A stretch of 64,000 bases of DNA from Azolla caroliniana (GCA_043228905.1 JBHGNT010000008.1:17608001-17672000); one strand, 5' to 3'; shown: positions 36,753 to 50,200, numbered from the stretch's first letter. Notes: generated by a model not told the origin, from the letters alone. Program-made: numbers and translations.

Positions 36753-37539
36753 TGGATTGATGCCATTTTATGTTTTGTTCATTCAAATTATTTTCTTCGT
36801 TGAAACTATAACTTAAGTTTTCTTATGAATCACACTTTTAGGTGTTTTGATTTGTTTATGAAACTTATGAATGTATAAGGTTTTGCATGTATGCAAAAGT
36901 TGGTATTAAAGAGGTAATTTAGATCAGCATCATACACCATTACACTTGTAGCTCGTAAAATTATCTAGATTTTTGAAAAGGAAAATCACCAAAATACCAA
37001 TACGATTATGGGAAGCTACTAGTATTCAACTTCATCTCTAGTTGTTTATTAGTCATTTTCCCATTTATAACCATAAAAAAGGTATACCATAATTTGTGTT
37101 CACTAATTCATAATATGGTTTTTTTCACGAAAACTAATTCAACACATTTATTGACTTCAATTTTCACATTGTCCATTGTGTTCAAAGATGAGGGGCAACT
37201 ACAAAAGCCCATTTATAGACCAAGGTTGATAACAATTTTATTTACATATTACAGATGACAATATGATATAAAAGACGCTAAGTTAATACTACCAAATTCC
37301 ATTTATGTAAACGATATGCATTGATGATATTACAAACACCTCGTACCTCCATATTCTTCCATATGGAATCATGATTCATCATTCTTGTTGGGATCAATAA
37401 GATTGATGTAGTTTTGAAAGTTGTCATGCACAGGAACCGCCTTTTAACTCCTTTACTAATCTCTAATTATGTTGTATCACGTAATGTCACCAAATGATAC
37501 AAATGTCACCACAAAATGTCATGCATTGTTGCTTATAGG

Positions 37540-38280
37540 GGGATTCCACAAAATGTCATGGAAACGGGCCACCAAGTGCAGAGTAAGTTCAAGTACAAGT
37601 GGATAATGATCGAACAAGACTTGCCCATCATAAATTGTGATATCCATTAACTCTAGTGAGAAATTAGAAGTATACATATTACAGACATTATGTATATTCA
37701 ATCCAACCTACATTATGTACGTAGACTTATATTGCACAAATTGAATTGTGATCTAAGAATCATCCCATGAATCCACTTCTATATATCACCTCAGAGATTT
37801 CGACCTCAAATTGTTCCCATGATTGTAATTTTGGGTCATCCATCAAAGAGTATGGAGATGTGGATTGGTCTACCTCGTAACATACATTAAAATCCTCCAT
37901 GAGAATCCCTAATCATCCATCCCTATTTCACTCCTATATATCACCTTGGAGATTTCGACCTCAAATTGTTCCATGCCTGTAATTTGGATCATCCATCAAA
38001 GAGTATGGAGATGTGGATTGGTCTACCTTGTAACAAACATTTAAATCCTCCATAAGCATCCCTAATCATCCATTCCTAATGAAAAGAGTCAAATGAGTAC
38101 CATAATAACCTCCACTTTTGAGATATATTCAATGCATATATTCCAACTAACCATATTAACTCTCCCTCGTATAAAAATTCTACCACAATGTATCTACCAT
38201 GGACATCACTTGCTACAACCCATGGTTGGAATTGATATTGTCGAAGCATCGAAATGGTTGAAAGAATAATCACCTATCTT
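37540..38280 (-). pseudogene. LINE ORF2 endonuclease remnant
   Basis: SDVHGRYIVV...LVGIYALN...RLLW, a GDFN-like motif and FDHYPLVLEL (SDH motif); internal ~160-bp duplication at 37770-38075. Confidence 0.7.
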
Positions 38281-38578
38281 TATCCCACCATAACATGCCT
38301 TATATAACTATGTAACAAAATAGAGGGCCTTGCTTTTTTACAGTCTTTATGCTCCACTGCACACACAATACACCATTAACTCTGTAGCAAAGTGTGCCAT
38401 AACTCATGCTTGTCTCAAACACATATTCGATATTCACATGACATAATTATGAGAATTTGTGCGAAGCTACAAGGCACATTACAAATTGCCACCTAACAAA
38501 GAAACCGGTAGATGTGGAGGCTCCTCGATCTATCCTTCATGATATCGTGTTTGATGCAGTCGTTAAGGATTCCCTATT

Positions 38579-38673
38579 ATACATACACACACACACACAC
38601 ACACACACATACATACATACATACATACATACATACATACATACATACATACATACATACATACATACATACA

Positions 38674-38704
<31 letters not shown>

Positions 38705-38726
38705 GTATGTATATATATATATATAT
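38579..38726. repeat. Compound microsatellite (CA)n(TACA)n(TA)n
   Basis: Directly visible; it produces the spurious YIHT/CMYV ORFs. Confidence 0.95.
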
Positions 38727-39059
38727 CTCTTAAATTGGGAGTATGTGCCTGAACATTCCATGTCGTTACATTCATTCGTTAATGTTTCCTTTTAACATAT
38801 CCATTCTCTTTGCTTCATTACTAAAGTTTCTACCAAATATTGAAAGAATTTATCACGAATGAAGCTTCGAAGAGGTCAATTTCAAAGAAGAGGACATAAT
38901 AACAAAAGAAGAATTTGTATTACCAAGAGATCAAGATGACAAGGGTGCTGAAGACTGACTTTGAACCAGAATGGTTTGACACTAAGTAGATATTCCACTT
39001 ATATAGCATACATGGGATCCCCTCATTTGATGACGAGTTCTACGAGTCACAATGCATGA

Positions 39060-39870
39060 CCTAGGATTTCATTTATTGTGGTAACGAAGATAAAACTCTT
39101 GTATAAGTTCAGGGGCATTAACGATGTTCGTTGCAGGTTCCCATGTTCAATCATTAGGCATGCATCTAAGCCAACCTACAAGGTAATGTAACTTGTTACC
39201 AATGATCTTGGAATCCAAAAGAGTGTATACGTCATATTATAGTCCTTCTGCAAGTTGAACTACAAGTGGTGATGGAACAACTCGGTTCAAGATAGAACTT
39301 GATGTTCATGGCTCTAACAATGAAACAAGAAATATTGGATGAAGATGCATATGTAAATGCAGGTCCAAATGAAACGCAACATCGTTGACTTGATAAATGT
39401 TTACAAATGGACCTAGATGTTAGAAATAAAATGTCTTGCATGGTTTAATAGTCTTCACATTACATCATAGTAGCCATACACAATCACCAATTTGAAACTT
39501 ATGTTCCTTGGGTGCAGAGTCTAAGCGATGCCAATCTGCTGCTTTTCTTGTACTTGTCTTGAGCATGAAGCAAATGTTCTAAAGTCTTGGTTTGAATGTC
39601 TTTGAGTTGTTCTAGGTGGTCCTCAATAATGGGATTTTTTGAGACTTTTGGATATTCAAGCATCATCTAATGAGGATGATATCATGTGTTTGCAAAGAAT
39701 GGAGTGTATCCCATAAAAGAATGAATTGAATTATTGTAAGAAAACTATGCCATATGTAAGAAATCAACTTAAGCAACAAAGATATTGCTCTAATGTTTGA
39801 CTTATGCATTCGGTTGGACCATCGGTTTGAAGATGATAACTGGATGTTGAATAAAACCGTTTGTAAGATT
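39060..39870 (-). pseudogene. Degenerate chromoviral Gypsy (Tcn1-like) integrase plus chromodomain
   Basis: Minus-strand translation with stops and frameshifts: SSYHLQTDG..QTLEQYL, FSYNNSIHS.MGYTPFFANT, VNDVAFHLDL..HPIF.VSLLEP, then LLDSKI..NKLHYLVGW..TWEP..N..NAPELIQEF. Confidence 0.8.
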
Positions 39871-42255
39871 CTCATAAATATATTCTAGAAGAACTTTCAA
39901 TTTTGATGGCGAAAGGTTATTAAAGGTTGGAACCGCTTCAATTTTAAATTATCAATAACCGATTTAAACTAAACACATCGGGCATTATCAATAAGCTTAG
40001 TTTAAATTACGTTTTCTTATCTTAAATTCACTTATTGCATGCATGTGTGGTGTTCCTCATAACATTTTGCCTTCACCATCTACCAATACTAATAGAGATT
40101 TGTAACTTGCAACTAATGTACTTTGAAGTATTCTACACGTATTCTATGTTTTAGAATTGCCGTTTTTCAAAATTTCCTACATTCTACATATATCCAAAAA
40201 TTTGACGTATTCTACGTATTTAACAAGTATTTATCATTTCAAAAAAGTTTAAAAAAAATTCTTAAAAAAAAACTTTTAATTTTAAGAAGTATTTAACATA
40301 TTTTACAAGTATTCTTCGTATTTAACGTATTTTATCTATAAAATACGTATTCTAAGTTTTTTTTTAAAAGTTAGAATACTTAGCATATGTATTCCACAAG
40401 TATTGTATGCTAAGTATTCTACAACAATGCGCCAATTTGATGTATGAAAATAGGTAAATCGAGAGTTGATCATAATGGTGTAAATGTTGATACGATAGCA
40501 AGCAAGATGAATGCTTACGTTCCCTAGACTCTCGAAACTAGTGAGAATGTTCTTCCCACCTGCCAAATGTAACTTGCCATTCTTTATTACATCTTACTTG
40601 TTAGTCACCAATTATCATGGATTGGTAACTTGTACCTTTGGTTGTGAGTTCATTGTTGTGGTAATGACAGCAATTGTGGTTGTTACTTAGTTCCATCTAA
40701 GGAAAGGTGACGGTAATTTCTCATACAACATATTCTAGAAAGATTGGGAGAACGTTTTGACCACATAACATAAAAACTTAATTGCAAATAGGAATTGGAT
40801 AGATGAAAAGATGTGAAATAAGAATGGATCATAAGATTATAAATGTTGATATGATAACAAACATATGACTTTCCAAGTTCCTTAGCCTCTAGAGGTACTC
40901 AAATATTCTAAATGTCCCTGAGTCCACAACTCCAAACCACAACTCCACATTGAGGAATCAATAGAGCATTGGGATCATGTCACGAAGACCTCTGTATCAT
41001 CATGATATTGGCATGTTACTTATACAAAAAAAACATTTGCTCCATGACACAATTATAGAATATGAATACATATCTTGATGTATTATGCTCATTTTCATCT
41101 GACAACTTGAATGGCTACTCTTGCCTATATAAATAAGTTTATAGAAACAAAAAATTCCCAAAGCACACATGTCCTTGCATATCATATTCAATTTCTAGTT
41201 GTGACCAAAAGTGTCATGGGGACATTTAAAGATGTCCTTGGGTGTGGGCATACAACCTTAATGTTGTGAGGGCAACAGGGTAGACATGCACCATAATCTG
41301 AATCCATGGTTTTCAGGATGCAAGTTTGTTTTGTGCTTAAGGTTCTGATCAGTCTATTTCCCTACAATTTACTTGTTAAATCCAAAGTTGGGCAGTTTTT
41401 ATGGTCATATAGCCTTAGCCATCTATGCTTTCTGTATTCTAATGGTAGGATAAATATTAAACTGGCTAATCATTAAGATCTGCAACACGGGGCAACACAT
41501 GTAGGTCTTGAAGCTTATAGAGTTTTGCTAATTAGAGAGTATTAGCTACTTCCTTTGACATGGCATCTCATAGATGCCTGCCTGGTAAGACATTATCGTT
41601 GAGGCAAAGCTCTTATATTTTTGATTCTGTCAATCGGCTGGCTTCCACAACATAATGCCATATTTGGTGGTTTGGATGCTGATCGGGTTTGTTATCTTCT
41701 CCTATCCTCTTCTTGGGGGTGGTTAGTGTGGTTAAGTGCCCTTAATCCATTATTTTCTTTATTTTGTTTATCTAATTGTTTATCATTAATATATATGCAT
41801 ATACAATCAAGGTTATATACTCAATTGGTGGGAGAACATCCATATTCATGCACTTCGTTATATTTAATTTGCTTAAATGAGCGATTTTGCAATTTTTTTT
41901 TGATGTCTAATAGCTGTTATAAATGATACATAGACATTTGGGCGTGTAGAGAGTCTTCATTTCCTTACCACTTGCAAGATAAGTTTTCAAGGTTCATAAA
42001 TGGAGATGTAAATCCTGCCATTGCCACCCTGTCCACCTTCACTTGAAATTTGTTGTGTTTGCCTAAGTAAAAAAACAACACTTGCCAAGAAATAAACACC
42101 AAATAATCATAGTTTATCTACACACACATATGTATATACATGTATCTAAAGTCAAGCACACCCCAATTATCCGAATAAATATGTTGGTGATAGTTTAGAA
42201 CATTCTACCAGACATGCATGTCCATATGACTAATTGGAGGATATTTGCATGGCAG

Positions 42256-43599
42256 GTGGCATTTTTGAATATTACAGGTTTCTGAGATTTTCCATAGCAG
42301 ATATGCCAATGCTTGAGGTGAGTGTTATGCACTAAAATTTTCAAGCAAGTGACAGTTTGTTGACCTTCCAATTGAAATTTGTTTTTTCAACCTTTTGTAG
42401 GTGGTTTAACGTACATCAGAGAATGTTTTTGTTCCATAACTGTAAGAGGAGGTATTTGCAACTTTAAAGATAAGGATGGGAGGTGTGTATTTGCAAAGTT
42501 TCGCACACATGTTTATCAAGGACATTATGGTATTTTGAGATATCGAAAGTTCTCTAATAGGATGGCTAATCTTGATAATTTCCCTTTATAATGTTATTTC
42601 TGCATGGAGATAAGCAGAGCTTCAAGCATGTGTCTCAATGTCATTGATTATAGATTTGTCAATGAGAATAGGGAATGTACTTTAGTATTGGCGATTTTCT
42701 TTATTTTAGTGTATTGATGTTGGTTCTATGACAAAAGGCTTGGGAACTCCTAACATGTTAACACGCTTTGTTGCTATAGAATTGGATTAAAAAATGGAAG
42801 GTTTGTATTGATTGTACGGAGCTATAAAGAATTTCAGGTATATATTTTCTGAGGATATGAGGTGATAAGTTTAGAAATACAAAGGTAATCTTGATATTTT
42901 CCCTTTATAATGCTATTCTTGTATTGGCCTATGCAGAATTTCTACTATATTTTCCAATAATTTTACAAGAATGGTTATGGCACTTTAGACTTTCTGTATT
43001 CTATTGTTTTTGGCAAAGGTTCTACAACAAGAGCTTTAGAGTCTCCTAACCTGTTAGGTCATGCTCCGTCCCATAGAATTATCCTAAAAAATTGATGTTC
43101 TTCTAAGCCAGAGCAGTTGTTTAAAAATAGAATTATATTGAGAAGTTGACAAAGCAAAAACCAAAGCTGAAATTAACCCTGAAAAAGATAGGTATAAGTA
43201 AGGCAAGTCATTTGACTAAGATTAGTACTTTTTTCTTTTTGCTTATTAAGATATTTTGAAAACATGCCTTCTTCTACATACAACATCAACAATAAACAAG
43301 GATGGTGAACTCATAAATATAGGATGCGAACCCAACTATATGGTTTCTAGTCTCCTCACTGCAATTTCAGTAGTTTAATCAATTTTGTCTACAAAATTTT
43401 AATTTGTTGCATGCACATTGAATCTCCATTATCTAATACTTTTATTTGTTTATTTGTCTATGTTCAATTTGCACTTTTCATGACTCATAGGCTATACTTT
43501 AGCCTTGAAGTTGTGGTTGAGTACGTCAGATCTGGTGCAGACAAGATATATATTGGAAGGGATGCAGTTTATGTTGCAGAAGAATACCTAAAGATTGAT
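42256..43599 (+). pseudogene. HISN4: Imidazole glycerol phosphate synthase hisHF pseudogene fragment (3 exons with introns)
   Basis: GT-AG-bounded exons 42256-42317 (VAFLNITGF*DFP/ADMPMLE), 42401-42482 (VV*RTSENVFVP/TVRGGICNFKDKDGR) and 43491-43599 (YFSLEVVVEYVRSGADKIYIGRDAVYVAEEYLK) follow the order of the plant HisF cyclase domain; stops and frameshifts. Confidence 0.85.
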
Positions 43600-45052
43600 G
43601 TATGTATTCATGAATCTCTTAAATGGTACCTAGTTGTGTCAATATGTCAATAAAGAATTATGGTATAATGCAATTATTTAGATGAAGGATGCATGTTTTG
43701 CTTTTGTTGATTTTGCTACGCTAAACATTCTCTAATGAGTCCCGCTGGAAACTGGCAGCAAATTCAAGGCTTCGGATTTGTGTTTTACCTAGGTCGTCAA
43801 ATACCTACCCTGACAAAAGATCAAAATTTATTTTCTTAGAAAATATCTGAATTTAGTTTCTGTAAAATACATTTATTTTCATATAAACACTACCTGCCTG
43901 TAGGATCCTCATTCATCCTTTATGAGATAAAGAGGAGATCACGCATCACGGATACTTACAGAGGTAGAACAACAAATCCACTACATTCCTAATAATCCAC
44001 CTAAAGGTAGATTATGCAGAACAGTGCAATGGACAATGGCAATGGTGATAATCGAGCTTTAGGTAGGTTATCCAAGGTAACTAGGGGTCCCAATTGAAGA
44101 GACTAGAGCTATGGTGGTGGTAGAATGTTGGGCTCACCACTTTTGATCATTACAAAGATGGATGTTATGATATCAATACATCATGTAAGTAGTTTACCCC
44201 TTAGATTTATTTGAAAAAGACTTGTTACCATCATGTTCACCATTGTCATAGGTAGTATTTTCGGATTTATGGTTCTTTAGCCATTTATCTACTACTCTGT
44301 ACGGTGAAAATTGTTGAGAATCAAGCTCAACTCGTGTGAACATGTGCTTGTGAAGAAAAGCACAATGTGTGAAAAAGTGCCTGAGCACACTTTATTGTAA
44401 TATGTTGTCGTGAAGAAAACCGTACACAAGCAGAATCGGTGCGCCCGAGCATAGGAACCGGCTCTTCATGCACGTATGCCTTGTGTTGTACATAGGAGAG
44501 AATTAGGGACATGGAAGATCCTAGGTAGGTAGATTCGGTAGGTAGGAAGTTAATAGGAAACGGCTCCCTTCTTGCCTATAAAAGGAGGGAGACGAGGAGG
44601 AGGAAGGGATCGCGAAGTAAGAGAAGACGAAGTGTTGTCGGATTGCGGGCCGAAGGCTTCTCTCTCTTCCAAACTCCATTGCTTCTTTCTGTGCAGGTTT
44701 TGGGAGGCTTGCGCTGCTCTGAGGAAAGCCCGAGTGCTTCCGGCAGCACCTCCAACCTACTCCTTTCTTCCTGTGCGTTTACGAACAGGCATCGGCATCT
44801 GTTCGCCGGCCTGTTCGGTTGTAACCGACTTCATGTTCTTGTTGTTTGTCTTTGTTAATACATACATACATACATTCGTGTCTCTCTGTGTCGCTGTCCC
44901 ACTTGCGTCTTTGTGTCGAAGGGCCGTGTCCCTGTGGATCTACGCTCGCACCCAATGGGTCTCTTCCCTTCTCCTTTCTCCCTTGCTCTTCGGTACAAGA
45001 CCCACGAGGTCCCGCCTCATTCCACGCATCCGCGAGGAGTACCTCGACATCT

Positions 45053-45070
45053 TGGTGAACCCGACGTGAA
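45053..45070 (+). promoter_or_regulatory. Primer binding site complementary to the tRNA-Trp 3' end
   Basis: TGGTGAACCCGACGTGAA is the reverse complement of TTCACGTCGGGTTCACCA (plant cytosolic tRNA-Trp 3' end plus CCA, from recalled sequence). Confidence 0.85.
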
Positions 45071-45092
45071 AGAGGCGGCAGAAGAGCAGAGG

Positions 45093-47218
45093 ATGAAAGG
45101 GTCGGATCTTGCGGAGGCCATGGCTTCGGCCGTGGATCGGATACTGAGCGCACGCGAGGGCTCTGGCGCCCTCGACAGAGCCATTGAGGCGGTCGTCGGT
45201 ACGATCGGCCGGTTCAGCGGAAAGGATGCCACGAAGTATTTGGCGTCCTACGGGGCAGAAATGCTGATGCGGGACATTCCGGAAGAGAGGCGTCTTGCCG
45301 GGTTCCCTCGAGTGGCGATGCCGAGCATCCATGCGGAGGTGCTCGAGGTGCGGGCGGAGAGCCGTACCTGGGAGGAGTTCGAAGGTCGACTCCTAGAAAA
45401 ATACGGGCTGGACGACACGCTCCGGCTTTCGAAACGGGACTTCATGGAGTGGGTGGAGTCCCCCGGCAAGGGAAGAAATGCGTCGGCACTCTCCGGGAGT
45501 TCGAAGAACGCTTTGCGTGCCTTTCAGCGCTTGACCGAACCGTTCTGGATACGAGCCGTGTCCTACTGTTCGTCAAGTCGGTGGACGAGCGGGACCGGGA
45601 TCAAGTCGGCTCCTTGCTGGAAACCGAAGACGGGCTGACGACCGATTGGGCTGCGGTTAAGAGAGTTTGTGGCCGTTTCGACAAACGGCGAGAATGGGCT
45701 GACAACGGGGCGGCTGGTGTGGGCTCTATCACGGCAAGGAGGCTTGAACCGGCACCGCAAGAGCAAAGGGCAGAAGCCCGGGAGTGGCTCGAAACCGGTT
45801 CGGCTTCGACCGGCATGGTCAATGGCTCATCCGGAGGAGCAGCGCTGGAGGAGTTGACGCGGGCGATAAAGGATCTCCAGATCGCCGAGGCTCAAAGGGA
45901 AGGCGGCGAACCGGCTCGTGACCGACGGCCGACAGCAGGGAACAGGTGCATGTGGTGCGACGAGGTCGGCCACATCCGGAAGGACTGCGGCGATTTCGCA
46001 GAAGCGTTGAGGAACCGGGTGGTGTACCTGTGGGAAGGCCGGGTGCACGCCGGCGACACCAGAAGGGCCCTAAACCGAAACGACGGGCGAGGAGGTATGA
46101 AGAGACTGGTGGAAGAGGCAGCGGCCGGACACGTGGAGGCCATCCACTACTCGGCGTTGGCCGGTATTCGGGTCGGGGGCAGCGAGGCCCGAAAGGAGAG
46201 AAAAGACGGATTCTGGTCGGCAATGCTGGAAGGCCTCGCCGGCGCACGACTGAGGAAAGATGAAACGGACCGCGCTGAGAGATGGGTCCGGGAAATAACC
46301 GGGTGGAGCGACCCGGTCGAGGAGAAGACGGGCTTCGTAGAAGCCGCCTGCCGGAACTACGAGGCTCTGGTAAAAGACAAACGAGTGGGGAAAGCCGGAG
46401 CGGCCGGGCCCTCACAACGGTACGAGACCCGATTCGGGCAACGACGGAACGATGCCGGTGGGTCCAGCTCGCAAGATAACCCCAGGAAGGGCGGATACCG
46501 ACTGGGGACGGAAATAGAAAGGACTACGGACCTACGAAAGGTCCTAGAAGAATGGATCCTCGACAACAAAGTGGAGCTGTCATTGCGAGAGGTGCTAGGG
46601 ATCACCAAGAAGGAGTTCCACGACTCCATTGTGGACCTGGTGAAACAGAAGAGGCTGTCGACGAAGACGGAACCGGAAAGACCGGTGTAGGTGCGGACGA
46701 CGCACATCGACGACATGGCGCTGGAAGATGAGTGGGCGGAGAGCCACTATTCAAGGCCGCACTGGGCCCGAGCGACCACGGAGACCCCGGTAAAGATCGG
46801 AGATGTTCAGGAACCGGTGGTGGCATTGGTGGACCACGGTTCGGAAATAAACTTGATGTCCATGGACTTCTATAAGAAGGGAAAGTGGCTGATCAACACC
46901 AAGCACGGGTGGAAGATACGGGCGGCGACGCGCGCCACCGAGGAACTGCACGGGGCCTGCCCGAACGTGCGAGTCAAGATTGGTGACGTCGAGATTGACC
47001 AGCACTTCTTCGTACAGGAGACGTCCTCGCACCCGGTCATATTAGGGGAACCATACATCACGGCGGCGCGAATGGAGACCAAGGTGCTAGACAACGGTTC
47101 GGCCTACGCAAGGGTCAAAAGCCAGGACGGGCGCCATTCGGTCCAATTTGTGACGGTGCGACCGAACCACGAGCGAAACCGCGAATCCCTCGATGGCGAG
47201 AACTGGGAGGATTTTTAG
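45093..47218 (+). pseudogene. gag-protease ORF of copy 1 (one frameshift, one stop)
   Basis: CMWCDEVGHIRKDC zinc knuckle and ALVDHGSEINLM aspartic protease; colinear with the intact 716-aa ORF at 54597-56747. Confidence 0.9.
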
Positions 47219-50200
47219 AGAGGGCTGCCAAGGCGTGGGGCCGAGACAGTCCGGACACTCGGGAAAGACCCCACAGCTGTACGATAGAACCGAAACCGAA
47301 GAGACCCTGTACGATAGGTAGGAAGTTTTGCTTCTCCAACAACGGAGGGTGTATGATAGTCGGCATCGTTGGCCGAGAAAAGACAAGGGCGGAAGTACGA
47401 CTTCGAGCGTGCGGAGTTCTCGGCTCGGACGAGGAAATCAGCGGAGCCGTGGAGGCGGTCTCCTTCGACGACACCTTGGGAATGCTGAGGGAGGTAACCG
47501 GAGAAGACCTTAACGAAGACCGGACGATACCGGTATGTTCCGAAGAGATGTACGAAGTCATCGCGAACTTCAGTCGGGGGCTCGGGTCGGAGTACAAGAC
47601 TGTGGACCGGAAGGTAAGGCCAGTCGTGGCACCCTTACCGGAGGGCAGCGAGTCCCAAATCAGAGGGGTTGCGTCGGACCCCAGTTTACGAGATCCGGCC
47701 TGCATAGGACACACCTTCACCGACGGGACACTCCGGGAGCTCAAGATTGGTGGGGGCGGGTTCCTACTGCCGGCGGAGGAAGACCGGTTTTGGAGAATGC
47801 TCGGAAGGCACGGGAAAGCCTTCGCATTCTCACCGGAAGAGATCGGGTGCGTAGACCCGACGATCGTGGAGCCGATGGTGATATTCACGGTACCGCATGT
47901 GCCGTGGAATCTCAAGCCGATTCCAGTACCGAGAGCTCACATCCCGAAGTTGATGGAGCTATTGAGGCAGAAAGTCGATATGGGCATTCTCGAACCATCA
48001 AGTGCCCCATACTCGAACCGATGGTTTACCGTACCAAAGAAAAACGGAACATTGCGCTTCATTCAAGACCTGCAGCCGGTCAATAGAGTGACCATTCGGA
48101 ACGCAGGAATCGGACCGACCATAGACGAGTTCGCGGAGGCCTTCGCCGGAAGGTCGATTTACTCGGTCGGTGATCTGTACTCGGGGTACGACCAGTTCCA
48201 GCTAGCCGTGGAGAGCAGAGACATTACGACGATGCGAACCCCCCTCGGCCTAGTGCGAATGTGTACCCTGCCACAAGGAGGGACCAACTCGGTGGCCCAC
48301 ATGGTGAATGCAATGAACAAGGTACTGAGGGATTGCATCCCGGACATCACCATGCCATTTCTAGACGACATTCCGATCAAGGGGTGCCCGGTAGAAGAGA
48401 AGGACGCAACACTCGGACCGGACGGATGCCTGCGATTCGTGGCAACACACATCGACGACTGTGAGAAGGTGCTACAAAGGCTAGAGGATGCGAGGCTCAC
48501 CTTCTCCAGGGAGAAATCGGCCTTCGGGCAATCAGAAATCTTGGTGGTCGGACACCTATGTGGACCATATGGCCGGAAGCCGTCTCCGGCAAAGGTAGAA
48601 GCCATCTCCGCGATGAAGACCGACTGTAGCTCGGTTACGGAAGTTCGGAGGTTCCTGGGGGCATGCGCATTCTACCACATATGGATCCCGCATTACGCCC
48701 ACGTTGCGGAGCCGCTATACGGGTTGCGGAAAAAGGAGCGAAAATTCGAGTGGCGAGACGAGCACACGGAGTCGGTCTGGAAGCTAAAGGAAGCTCTTGC
48801 GGCAGCACCGGCGCTCCGGAAGGCTGTCTACGAGAAAGGCACCCCGGTATACATAACGGGGGATACGAGCCCGACCGGGGTCGGATGGGTCGTCAACCAA
48901 GAAGACGAGGACGGCACCCGGTTCCCGATCTGATTCGGCGCAAAGGTCCTCAGTGAGCGACAGTGAGGGTATGCCCAGGTTAAACGCGAACTCTAGGGTA
49001 TCGTTTCGGCAGTAAAGGCCGACAAGGACTACCTAATCGGGACGGAAGTGATTATCGAGACGGATTGCCTGCCAATTCTCGGCATGGTTTCCGAATGCGC
49101 GACACCGGACTTGGCGATGCTCAGGTGGATAGCGTACATCAAGTCCCTGGACCCGGAAATACGACACATTTCCGGAAAGGACAACGCCATGGCCGACATG
49201 CTTTCGAGGGCGAGGTTTGATGACAAGGGCGGCATGGTTTCGGAGGACGAAGAAGTCGGCGTGGACTTCTTCGAGACGACATACGTGACGACTGATGGGA
49301 TGAGCACTCTGGCACTTAACGACTTCGACGAGAGCAAGTACGACGGCAAGTGGCTCCAGATCGGTGGATTTTTGAGGACAATGACGCCGGATGCGTCATG
49401 GACGAAGGACGAGGCCAACCGGATCCGGAAGAAAGCTTACCGATTCTTTCTCCGGGACGGATACTTATGGAAGCACCCGAAGAAGAGGAACGGCGTCCCG
49501 CTCCGGGTGGTGACGATGAAGGAAGAACAGGAGGAGCTGCTGACGGCCTACCACGACAACCCTTGGACTGGACACCGTGGAACGTGCGCCACGTTCGAGA
49601 AGATAAAGGGGAAGTACTGGTGGCCGGGACTGTACCGGGACGTGCATCGGTTCGTGACAACTTGCGAGAGCTGCCAGATGCACTCCATAGTCCGGCATCG
49701 GGACGAGCTTCACCCTACGTACCCTCCGACCATCCACTTCAAATGGATGGTAGATCTGGTGACGATGCCGATGGGCGTAGGACAGATGCGGTATCTGGTC
49801 CTGGCTCGGGAAGATCTGACGAACCAGGTGGAAGGCCGAGCCCTTCAGAACAAAACGACCGCGGTTGTATGTCGGTTCCTGATCGAGCACGTGATATGCC
49901 GGTATGGGTGCATCGGGAAGATCGTGGCTGATCGCGGGGAGTTGGACGCCGAAGAAGCCGAGGAGCTGTTCGACCGGTTAGGAGTCAAGCTCTCGCTTAC
50001 CACTGCGTAAAATCCGGAGGCGAATGGAAAGGTGGAGCGCGGACACGGACCGATCGTCAAGGCGTTAGTTCGGGCATGCGGAGGTCAAGTCGGGAACTGG
50101 CCGCGGCTACTGCCTTACGCGTTGTGGGCGGACTGAACTACGCACAGTTCGGTAACCGGATTCATGCCGGCAGAGCTCATGTTTGGGTAGAAGCCGATCA

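Noticed and set aside
38457-38795. ORFs with YIHT/CMYV repeats
   Set aside because: Microsatellite translations.
41195-41600. Additional hisHF exons (LVVTK, ACLVR-like words)
   Set aside because: Matches are too short, in the wrong order and lack splice context.
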